DNA of 64,000 bases, from assembly GCA_964654695.1 (NCBI GenBank), contig CAZZKJ010000005.1, positions 3,404-67,403 on the forward strand, given 5' to 3'. Below are positions 10,156 through 18,558 of this stretch, one piece after another (position 1 is the stretch's first letter; every line of letters begins with the position of its first letter). Source of the stretch: an uncultured bacterium (GTDB taxonomy: Bacteria; Krumholzibacteriota; Krumholzibacteriia; WVZY01). Under the pieces are notes generated by a model, which was given only the letters and a program-made list of their open reading frames with translations, was not told the DNA's origin and searched no databases. The translations under genes were made by a program, and so were the position numbers.

Positions 10156-12495
10156 ATGTTCAACCGCTTTAAAGGGCTTATTATTTTATTCCTCCTTGTT
10201 TGTTTCAATTCGCCGGCATCATCCAGTTCAAATACGACAATTATAACCGCCTCCAAAGTTAACTGCGCCCTTGTTCTGGAAAGCTTCGGAGAAGTGGAGA
10301 GAGCCGAAGAAGTGATCGCCTCGCTGCCTCGCGACGCCGCCGGGATTGCACGGGTGCACGCCAGGCTTCTTGCAAAAATGGGTCTTTATGAACGCGCGGA
10401 CAGCGCCTATTCCCTGGCATGTGCTCAAATGAATGGCAAATCGCTTACGGAGCGGCAGCTTCAATGTTTTATTCATGCCGTGTATAGCCTGAATGCGGGA
10501 GACGGCAAAAAAGCGCTTCGTTATTTAGAGTTATTGGATTCACACTCGATTCCGACCTTAGAGGACTATATTATATTTGCAAGGATGAAGGCAAAAGCAC
10601 TTCAAGGAGATTACGAAAAGGCGGTCGAACTGGGTATAACCAAAATCAACGATGGGCTCTGCAGAACCTTGACGCCCGAATTCGAAGGAGAAGTTCTGAA
10701 ATGTTTATCGGCCGCTAATAATGATTCGCTTGCGTTGGTGGTAATATCATCATTGAAGAAAATATTAAAGAAGGATAAAAAGATAATTCCGTTCCTGCTG
10801 CAGGAGATAAATTTATCAATCACCGGTAGTAATCATAATAGAGCGCGTAAGGCGGCAATGGAGCTGATACAGGAATACCCGCGTTCGGACGCTGCTACCG
10901 AAGCAATTGAAATCTTATTGTCGAATTATCCATTATCGGATTTAAAAACTGATGAATTGATTCAATACTGCAAAATCCTGGTTGATCACAAAAAAAAGAT
11001 CACAGCGAAGAAATTTATCTCAGAGTTGGGAAAAAGATCTTTAAAAGAGACGGAGAGAGAGCATAAAAATTTATATGAAGGCATACTGTTGTATCATTAT
11101 GGCAGATACGAAAAGGCCTTAAAAATACTGAAATATGAATTCCAAAAACAAGAAATATTCTCCAAGTCGCTCATATGGAAGGCCAGAGCCTACAGAAAAC
11201 TCAAAAGATACCGTCTTGCCGCCGAGACATATGAATATTTCAGCAGGTATTATCCCAAGAATCCAACCGCGCCCGAAGCTCTGCTTGTCGCCGCGCATCT
11301 ATGGGAAAAGAACGGACACCATAGCAGATCCCGTTCGATAAGAACGGCCCTTGCCGACAAATATCCGGATAGTTACTACGGCGTGTCTGCAGCTTTGGAA
11401 AATGCATTTTATTTCATTGAGCGCAGGCAATATAGAAAAGGCGCAGAAATATTGAAAAACGCTTCCGAACTCTCCGGCAGGTCTTTTGAAGAATATTTCT
11501 ATTACATGGCGAGATGCTACGAGTACTCGGGGGAAAAACACCTTAGCTCGAAGGCTGCCGGCCGGCTTAATAAGATAAACCGCTGCTCTTTTTACATCGA
11601 ACCCGAAATTAAGAGCGGATTCAAGGCGCCGGCGCTGAGCAGCAGGGGAAGGGCGATTATGGACGGGGAACACGGTTTGATAAAAATACTGTCCGGGATC
11701 GAGCACGATAGAAATCGTGCTTATGCTTACATCGATAGTCTGGTTAGGATAACCGGACAGAGAGAAAAATCTTGGAAAAATAACAAGCACTTCGAATTGG
11801 GACGGCTTTTTCTGCAATCGGGTCTGATTGTCTGGGCTGAAAACGAACTCGGAGAAGCGATGAAGGATTTTCGAAGCAATCCCGCAGCCCTGAGCGCCCT
11901 GGCACGGATTTATGACGGCGCGGGAATGGTCTGGGAGAGTTTAAAAACATACGAGAGACTCAAGTTTATTCTGGCGAGAAGACATAGGATCTCAGTTGAT
12001 GACCGATTTGACATAGTGCTTTACCCTCTTCCTTTTCCCGGCATGGTATTGGAGAGGTGCATCCGCTATAACATACCTCCTAATCTCGCGTTTGCGCTTA
12101 TCAGGGAAGAAAGCCGGTTCCATGCAAAAGCTGTTTCCAGGGCGGGAGCTGTTGGATTGATGCAGCTTATGCCGGAAACCGGCTTACAACTGGCGGATGA
12201 ACTGGGATACGCAGTGGATGAGAGCATCCTGGTACTTCCGGAATTAAATATTGAATTGGGAATGCGTTACGCCTCGCGACTGTTGATGCTTTGCAAAGGC
12301 AGATACCACATGATGCTGGCTGCCTATAATGCAGGAATGAAAAACGCCAAGCGATGGTTTACGAAAAAGAACATGAACTGGAGTCTGCAATGGCAGGTAG
12401 ACCACATCGATTACAAAGAAACCAGGCAGTACGTTAAACGAATCGTAGAATCAGCGAACAGATATTCATTTCTATACGACTTTTCCGAGGAATAA
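10156..12495 (+). CDS. slt: Soluble lytic murein transglycosylase (Slt70-like): TPR/superhelical N-terminal region plus C-terminal SLT domain
   Basis: Signal peptide MFNRFKGLIILFLLVCF. C-terminal ...FALIREESRFHAKAVSRAGAVGLMQLMPETG...AAYNAGMKN. The ATG at 10156 is preferred over the upstream TTG at 10114. Confidence 0.8.
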   Translation: MFNRFKGLIILFLLVCFNSPASSSSNTTIITASKVNCALVLESFGEVERAEEVIASLPRDAAGIARVHARLLAKMGLYERADSAYSLACAQMNGKSLTERQLQCFIHAVYSLNAGDGKKALRYLELLDSHSIPTLEDYIIFARMKAKALQGDYEKAVELGITKINDGLCRTLTPEFEGEVLKCLSAANNDSLALVVISSLKKILKKDKKIIPFLLQEINLSITGSNHNRARKAAMELIQEYPRSDAATEAIEILLSNYPLSDLKTDELIQYCKILVDHKKKITAKKFISELGKRSLKETEREHKNLYEGILLYHYGRYEKALKILKYEFQKQEIFSKSLIWKARAYRKLKRYRLAAETYEYFSRYYPKNPTAPEALLVAAHLWEKNGHHSRSRSIRTALADKYPDSYYGVSAALENAFYFIERRQYRKGAEILKNASELSGRSFEEYFYYMARCYEYSGEKHLSSKAAGRLNKINRCSFYIEPEIKSGFKAPALSSRGRAIMDGEHGLIKILSGIEHDRNRAYAYIDSLVRITGQREKSWKNNKHFELGRLFLQSGLIVWAENELGEAMKDFRSNPAALSALARIYDGAGMVWESLKTYERLKFILARRHRISVDDRFDIVLYPLPFPGMVLERCIRYNIPPNLAFALIREESRFHAKAVSRAGAVGLMQLMPETGLQLADELGYAVDESILVLPELNIELGMRYASRLLMLCKGRYHMMLAAYNAGMKNAKRWFTKKNMNWSLQWQVDHIDYKETRQYVKRIVESANRYSFLYDFSEE

Positions 12496-12505
12496 TCGAA
12501 TCGAA

Positions 12506-13867
12506 ATGTCAAAAGTTCTATTTGCTCGTCTGCTATTTCTTGCTGCATCCACAAACATTACTCTTATTCTGTTAAATTCGACAGGCGTTTCAGCGGCAGA
12601 GACAACAATAGTCGAACCGCCTTGGAAACATTGTTTTGGTATTAACCGTGTGAGGCAATCTCATCTCAGTTTATATTCCGGCTATAAGAAAAGATTTGCT
12701 TCACCTCAGGGGATAGTCGCTCTGAAGCTCGACGCCAATGACCGGCCGGGACAAAGCGATGACGATGAGCTGACGGTTTACGGAGTGAATTCCGACGCCG
12801 GAGAGATAATTTATAACAAATCTCTGGCCAGCTTAGGTTTCTGGAATGCGGCGGATAAATCGGATAGTGCGCTGTCGAATCCTATAGGAATCGCTGCCGC
12901 CCCTGATGGTTCGGTCATAATAGCGGATACCGGAAACAACCGTCTCGTCTTGTTGAAGAACGAGAATAACAACCTGCATTATCTTTTTGCCTCTCGTCTG
13001 GACGATTCGAACCAGCAGCTGTCAGGGCCTTCAGATGTCGATTTCGAAAACGATACCCTTTATGTGGCCGATACCGGGAACAACAGGATTATTGCCGCGT
13101 TAAACCGGGATTCCTCCCTGCAGACTATCAGGAATGTGCGACCTTCAAAACCATTGTATCATCCTTTTGGAATTGCATGCATTTCAGGAAAAAGATTCAA
13201 CTATTATAATTCCAATTTTATAGTTATCACAGATTCCCTGAATAAAAGGCTTGTGCAGATTTCACTGGACGGCAGGGTTCAAAAAGTAACCAGAATATAT
13301 GATATAAGCGATCGCGGGGGCGGCTTTTATTTTGTCGAAATAGATTATTATTCCAACATTTACGTTACGGATACCGATGGCGGATGCGTATATAAGTTCA
13401 ACAAGGATTTGCAGTTTCTTTCCCGCCTGGCATGCTCGGATTCTGATAAACACCGTCTTGAGGAACCCAGGGGGATAACAATTTATCGCCGTTTTGGCCA
13501 GATTTTTGTCGCAGAGAGATCGGGGGCGAGCTATTTCTGGGTTGGTACCGATGTGCTTTATGCTTCGGGAAAGATAAATTACCTCGATGAGAATCATAGC
13601 GGCCGGGTACTGCAGGTGCGGTTTCTGCTCACCGAGCACTCGTACGTAACCATAAGGCTCAAAGCGGATGATGATTGTGGAAAACGCACTTTTATTGAAA
13701 ATGTATTTATGGCGCCCGGGGTCGTATTCAGGATTTATGAGCTGGCGCTGTTTCCGGAGGCCGAAAAACTCGCAAATTGCAAATATTTCATAGAGATAGA
13801 GGCCGTTCCTACATACGCGTCAAAACGATATCTCACAGTTGTAAAACATGCAATCCTAAAGTTTTAA
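12506..13867 (+). CDS. Secreted NHL-repeat beta-propeller protein
   Basis: Signal peptide, then repeated NHL-like units (IAAAPDGSVIIADTGNNRLVLL; LYVADTGNNRIIAAL; IYVTDTDGGCVYKF). Begins 10 nt after the slt stop. Confidence 0.7.
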   Translation: MSKVLFARLLFLAASTNITLILLNSTGVSAAETTIVEPPWKHCFGINRVRQSHLSLYSGYKKRFASPQGIVALKLDANDRPGQSDDDELTVYGVNSDAGEIIYNKSLASLGFWNAADKSDSALSNPIGIAAAPDGSVIIADTGNNRLVLLKNENNNLHYLFASRLDDSNQQLSGPSDVDFENDTLYVADTGNNRIIAALNRDSSLQTIRNVRPSKPLYHPFGIACISGKRFNYYNSNFIVITDSLNKRLVQISLDGRVQKVTRIYDISDRGGGFYFVEIDYYSNIYVTDTDGGCVYKFNKDLQFLSRLACSDSDKHRLEEPRGITIYRRFGQIFVAERSGASYFWVGTDVLYASGKINYLDENHSGRVLQVRFLLTEHSYVTIRLKADDDCGKRTFIENVFMAPGVVFRIYELALFPEAEKLANCKYFIEIEAVPTYASKRYLTVVKHAILKF

Positions 13868-13879
13868 AGGTGAATAACC

Positions 13880-14500
13880 ATGCAAGAAAGCCGACCAGAA
13901 AAATCTGCTGATCCCAAATCAATAATACTGGAATTAAAGAGGAAATCCATTCATGCAGTAATGGTTGTAATCCCCCTGTGGATCTATTTTATGCCCCCGC
14001 GGACCGCCGATATTGGCCTTATAATTGCTAGTATGGCTACGATAGCATTTGATGTATGGCGTTTGAGCGATAACAAGTTAAAGAGGTTTTTCCTCAGGTT
14101 CTTTAAATCGCTGATTCGCAGGCACGAAGAAGAGCATCTTTTGGGTTCGACTTATTTCATGATTGCAGCGTTGATAAGCGTGCTCATCTTCCAGAAATTA
14201 ATAGCTATTTCCGCCCTTCTTTTCCTGGTAATTGGCGATACGGCAGCAGCCGTTTTTGGAAAGAAGTATGGAAAGCCCCGCTACTGGGGTAAAAGTATAG
14301 AAGGTAGTCTCGCCTGCTTTTTAAGTTGCCTGATCATAGGCTACATTATTTTGAAATCCGAAGAGGGAGCGAATCAACTGGTTTGGGCGGGGGCGTTAGC
14401 GGCTGTTATTGCGGAAGCGGTTCCCGCACCAATGGATGACAACATGAGAGTTCCTATAATAAGCGGAATGATCATGCAAATAGTTGCTCACTTTAGTTAG
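13880..14500 (+). CDS. Small polytopic membrane protein of the CTP-transferase superfamily (CdsA / dolichol-kinase / phytol-kinase-like)
   Basis: Six predicted TM segments. C-terminal signature LVIGDTAAAVFGKKYGKPRYWGKSIEGSLA matches the GD..A...G...G....K..EG..A motif of that superfamily. Confidence 0.55.
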   Translation: MQESRPEKSADPKSIILELKRKSIHAVMVVIPLWIYFMPPRTADIGLIIASMATIAFDVWRLSDNKLKRFFLRFFKSLIRRHEEEHLLGSTYFMIAALISVLIFQKLIAISALLFLVIGDTAAAVFGKKYGKPRYWGKSIEGSLACFLSCLIIGYIILKSEEGANQLVWAGALAAVIAEAVPAPMDDNMRVPIISGMIMQIVAHFS

Positions 14501-14508
14501 GGGTTGCC

Positions 14509-15444
14509 ATGTTTCTCAAGAAGTTATTCAATTTTATCCCCAGGAATGAATTTTCCAAAGCTCTGGATCTGTATAACCGTGGAGACTACAGAAAAGCCCT
14601 GCATAAATTCGAAGATTTAATAGAGAATAATGAATCTCCTGAAAACCTCGATTTACAGACAATTGAGCTCTATGCATGCGAAGCACATGTAGGATTAAGC
14701 AAGTATTATTCTGACGGCGGCGATCTAGAATCAGCCGTTGATGAAATGGAAAAGGCCGTCGCACTCAAACCAAATTTTGCTGATCTTCGCTACAACCTTG
14801 GCAATCTGCATTTCAAGATCGGCAACACGGATAAAGCAGTAGTTAATCTGCGCAAATCTCTGGAAATCAATCCAAAATTTTTCAAAGCCAGAGTAATTTT
14901 ATCAAAATTACTTCTGGCGGGAAATGATATCGAGGGATGCTCAAGAGAACTATCTACAGCTGAAGAGGTTTGTCCTAACTTTTACAGGGAAAAATTGAAC
15001 GAGCTGAACCAGGCTTTGAGAATAAGCGGCAAGGATGCAAACGTAGAAAAATTATATACAGAAATCCTTGAGGAAAAACCAACTTCGGCGCAGCTCAGCA
15101 GGGAACTGGCCGTTGAAGCAATTCACAACGGCAACAATACAGAGGCGATCAGAGAGCTTAAAAAAGCCATTGCTCTTAATCCCGATTATCCGGATCTTCA
15201 TAATTACCTTGGTATAGCCTATGGAAACAACGGCATGCTGGATGATTCCATAGAAGAATTTGAAAGAGCGCTGAAAATAAACCCTTATTATATGAAAGCC
15301 AGACTCAATATGGCTTTGGCCATGTATGAGAAAGGGGAATTCCCCGAGGCAGGCAATCACTTGAGCAAAGTTCTGGAGGTTCAGCCGAAGAACGAGCTTG
15401 CTAACAATCTGCTTGCCGAATTGAATGCAGTCAAGGGCAGGTAA
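14509..15444 (+). CDS. TPR-repeat protein
   Basis: Repeated 34-aa TPR units (e.g. AEAHVGLSKYYSDGGDLESAVDEMEKAVALKPNFADLRYNLGN). Confidence 0.7.
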   Translation: MFLKKLFNFIPRNEFSKALDLYNRGDYRKALHKFEDLIENNESPENLDLQTIELYACEAHVGLSKYYSDGGDLESAVDEMEKAVALKPNFADLRYNLGNLHFKIGNTDKAVVNLRKSLEINPKFFKARVILSKLLLAGNDIEGCSRELSTAEEVCPNFYREKLNELNQALRISGKDANVEKLYTEILEEKPTSAQLSRELAVEAIHNGNNTEAIRELKKAIALNPDYPDLHNYLGIAYGNNGMLDDSIEEFERALKINPYYMKARLNMALAMYEKGEFPEAGNHLSKVLEVQPKNELANNLLAELNAVKGR

Positions 15445-15449
15445 CAAGA

Positions 15450-16181
15450 ATGGCTATAAAAGAAAATTTCGTTGATTACTATGCGGTGCTGCAGGTTTGG
15501 CCGACGGCATCGGAAGAAATAATAAAAAAAGCGTATTTTTCAATGGCAAAGCTCTATCACCCTGACATTTCCAAGGATAAAGATGATGATTCATCCAATG
15601 CCGGCGGAATCGATTTCAAAATGATCAACGAAGCTTACAATACCCTGATAGATGCGGTCAAAAGAAGGCATTATGACGAAAAATTCAAGCTCCTGGGAAG
15701 GACTGGGACGGGACAAAGAGATGCCGACAAGCGGTCCGCCAGGCTGGCCTTCGAGCAAGCCAAAACAGCCATGAAGCACAATCGTTACGATAAAGCCGTG
15801 ATTCTCCTTCAAAGCGCAATCAAGTATGATGAAACCAATCCGGCATTCCACAGTTGGTACGGGTTCGCCCTGGCGGCCATGAACGCCAAGCTGCACGAAG
15901 CCAGAGACGCTTGCAAAAAAGCATTGGAAATAGAATTCTATAATGCCGAATATCACGCCAATCTGGGGTTCGTGTATTACCAGGCCGGCTTGAAAAGCAC
16001 GGCGAATGAGAGTTTTAAAGAAGCTCTGAAATGGGATCCTGAGAATCCAATAGCTCTTAGATACCTTTACGGCAACAAAGGCCGCCCAAAAACAGGTTTG
16101 TTCGGTAGCCTTGTTGGATTTTTCAAAAAACCTCAGCCTCAACCAGTCAGAAAGCGAAAAACAATCAAAAAGAAGCGCTGA
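15450..16181 (+). CDS. J-domain (DnaJ-like) protein with TPR-like repeats and a basic C-terminal tail
   Basis: N-terminal J domain DYYAVLQV...IKKAYFSMAKLYHPD (HPD motif) followed by TPR-like helices. C-terminus KKPQPQPVRKRKTIKKKR. Confidence 0.7.
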   Translation: MAIKENFVDYYAVLQVWPTASEEIIKKAYFSMAKLYHPDISKDKDDDSSNAGGIDFKMINEAYNTLIDAVKRRHYDEKFKLLGRTGTGQRDADKRSARLAFEQAKTAMKHNRYDKAVILLQSAIKYDETNPAFHSWYGFALAAMNAKLHEARDACKKALEIEFYNAEYHANLGFVYYQAGLKSTANESFKEALKWDPENPIALRYLYGNKGRPKTGLFGSLVGFFKKPQPQPVRKRKTIKKKR

Positions 16182-16264
16182 TTTCCGCAGATATCTTCCA
16201 AGAAATTGTTGACAGAGATTCGATCTTATTTGTAGGTTTAGTATGGCATTGTACCTATACGCCT

Positions 16265-18166
16265 ATGAAAAAGCAGATTATTTTCACTCCTCAGACCGAA
16301 ACGTCAAGGGATCTCTCGTATTCAGAGCAGGCGAGTTGCCGACAGAGTCTTCACATCCTGCTGCAGGATAGGGGTATTCAAAAGTACGGTTTCTTGCTCA
16401 GAATATACAGGGATGTAGTAGCTTCCTACCTTTCCTCCAGGGAGATCAAGAATCCAGAATCTTTTCTCGTTGAACTGGCGTCTTTGCTGGATAAAGCATC
16501 GCTTGACGAAAAACTCGATCTCGACGATTTCAGGGCTTTTGATGTATTCATCACAGTAAAGACGGCCGCCGCCGTTTATATTCTTACAAGTGACAAATCC
16601 AAAGTATGTTGCACAGGTGAAACCGGGATATGCACCATAGATTCCATAACCCATGGCAATGTCATTCGCGAAATCCGCGTCCCAGTGGACAATTCCCAGG
16701 TTGAACTTTTTCCAGGCAAGTTGAGCGAAACCGTTTCTCTTTTCTGTTTGCAATCACAAGAAGATGCTCCTGTTGAGCTTATCTTGGGTTTGGGAAAAAA
16801 CGAAATCAGCAAGATCAAAGAACACTTTCCAGGTGAAGGATATTCGAAATCCGCATCCGCCCAACCATCAAGAGAATGGGTGCCGGTTAAATTTTTGAAT
16901 AATAAAGTACTTTTCATATCGTTTTCCGCAGTCGGCGGCACGCTGCTGCCATACTCCATGCCTATTGAACAGGCCGGAGCAACACACAGAACGTTACCGA
17001 TAGTAATTACGGTTGCGGCGATTTTATTTGCTCTGGCTGCCGGAAGATGGATTTTAAAATCAAGCCGCAACCAGAAAGATAATGGCGCACTTACACAAAG
17101 GGCTTCGATTTCCGCAGAACCCGCCACCCTCCCGTCCATGCTTCCGTCGAGATCAATTGAAAGTAACATCCGGAACGATGGAAGTGCTGCGTTGACTATC
17201 GCTTGGCGGAGAAGCTTCACGAAGCCGGTGACGTCTTCTCCTGCAATCGTAAACGATCTTGTGGTGTTCGGGTGCAGAAATGACACCCTCTACGCGCTGG
17301 ATGCAGGAACGGGTTCAACAAAATGGTGTTTTGATTCAAAAGCAGGAATCGGAGCTTCACCGGTTATATCCGGAGATAGAATCGTTGCAGCGAATTATGA
17401 TGGAAAGATTTTTTGCTTGAACGCTGTGAAGGGCGATCGCCTTTGGGGAAAAAAGCTCTCGGGTAGAATCGTAAGCTCGCCGATTGCCGCAGATAACAAA
17501 GTTTTTGTCTGCAGTTATGATCATTATATTTATTGTTTTTCTATGAGTACAGGAGACCTGCTTTGGAAGTATAAAACCCAGAACATCATACGTGCAACCC
17601 CTCTGCTTGCCGGCAGGCTGCTGATATGCCCGTCCAACGACGGAGCCCTGCATGCTGTTTCTATTGGAACCGGAAAAGGCATTTGGAAGTATAAAATAAG
17701 CGGAGGTATTTCCAGCTCGCCGGCAGTTTCCGCCTCGATGATATTTGCGGGAAGCTCCGATGGGCATGTTTACGCGCTGGATGCTTCCAGCGGCCGGGTC
17801 AAATGGAAAACCAAAACCGGAGGAGCAATAAAGTCGGCTCTTGGCGTCTTTGGCAATAAATTGTACGCCGGTTCCAATGATGGACAAGTATATTGCCTGG
17901 ATACGAACGACGGATCGGTGCTGTGGACATTCAAAACGAGAGGTATTATTTTATCTCGACCTTATATCGACGGGGACAAAGTCTTCATAGGCTCTTACGA
18001 CGGCAACTTGTATATGCTGAATAGCGACGATGGAAAAATCGTGTGCAGCTATTCAACGGGAGGTGATATTTTTTCTTCTCCGTTGATTTTTAGAAACAAA
18101 GTTTATTTCGGCAATATGGACGGCCGTTTTTATTGCTTGAACCTGCAGCGGGGGGAGGGATCATAG
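16265..18166 (+). CDS. Membrane-anchored PQQ-like (BamB-type) beta-propeller protein with an uncharacterised ~230-aa N-terminal cytoplasmic domain
   Basis: Single TM segment (LPIVITVAAILFALAAGRWIL). Six to eight PQQ-like repeats (TLYALDAGTGSTKWCF, HVYALDASSGRVKWK, QVYCLDTNDGSVLWTF...). Confidence 0.7.
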   Translation: MKKQIIFTPQTETSRDLSYSEQASCRQSLHILLQDRGIQKYGFLLRIYRDVVASYLSSREIKNPESFLVELASLLDKASLDEKLDLDDFRAFDVFITVKTAAAVYILTSDKSKVCCTGETGICTIDSITHGNVIREIRVPVDNSQVELFPGKLSETVSLFCLQSQEDAPVELILGLGKNEISKIKEHFPGEGYSKSASAQPSREWVPVKFLNNKVLFISFSAVGGTLLPYSMPIEQAGATHRTLPIVITVAAILFALAAGRWILKSSRNQKDNGALTQRASISAEPATLPSMLPSRSIESNIRNDGSAALTIAWRRSFTKPVTSSPAIVNDLVVFGCRNDTLYALDAGTGSTKWCFDSKAGIGASPVISGDRIVAANYDGKIFCLNAVKGDRLWGKKLSGRIVSSPIAADNKVFVCSYDHYIYCFSMSTGDLLWKYKTQNIIRATPLLAGRLLICPSNDGALHAVSIGTGKGIWKYKISGGISSSPAVSASMIFAGSSDGHVYALDASSGRVKWKTKTGGAIKSALGVFGNKLYAGSNDGQVYCLDTNDGSVLWTFKTRGIILSRPYIDGDKVFIGSYDGNLYMLNSDDGKIVCSYSTGGDIFSSPLIFRNKVYFGNMDGRFYCLNLQRGEGS

Positions 18167-18212
18167 TATCTCTAAATCCGGCTCTAGTCCGAGATATTGC
18201 AAAAGGAGGCCT

Positions 18213-18419
18213 ATGGCTAAGCATGAAGGCGTGATAACTTACTTTAACGAGAAAAAAGGTTATGGATTTATATCATGCGATGACAAGAAAAACATATACG
18301 TTCATTACTCGGCTATAAAAGGAAAAGGCTACAAAACATTAGCAGAAGGCCAGAAGGTTCTTTTCGAATTGGAATCGGACTCGAGCGGATTTCAGGCGAG
18401 AAACGTAGCTAAAATCTGA
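18213..18419 (+). CDS. cspA: Cold-shock protein (CspA family)
   Basis: 68 aa. The KGYGFI motif is clear. An AAAGGAGG RBS lies 6 nt upstream. Confidence 0.9.
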   Translation: MAKHEGVITYFNEKKGYGFISCDDKKNIYVHYSAIKGKGYKTLAEGQKVLFELESDSSGFQARNVAKI

Positions 18420-18558
18420 TTTTCCCGGTGAGATAATTCCGCAAACCTTTGCCTCAGGCGAAGTTCATCCTCTCTTTCTCTTGCAAAGAAGACATCATTT
18501 TGTTAATTTTAGGCAGTTAAAAAATCATCCCCCGGGTCCACATTTGTAAATAGCAAAT

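Noticed and set aside
16576-17286. 236-aa minus-strand ORF inside the PQQ-propeller gene
   Set aside because: Antisense artefact: the plus-strand gene has clear repeats and membrane topology.
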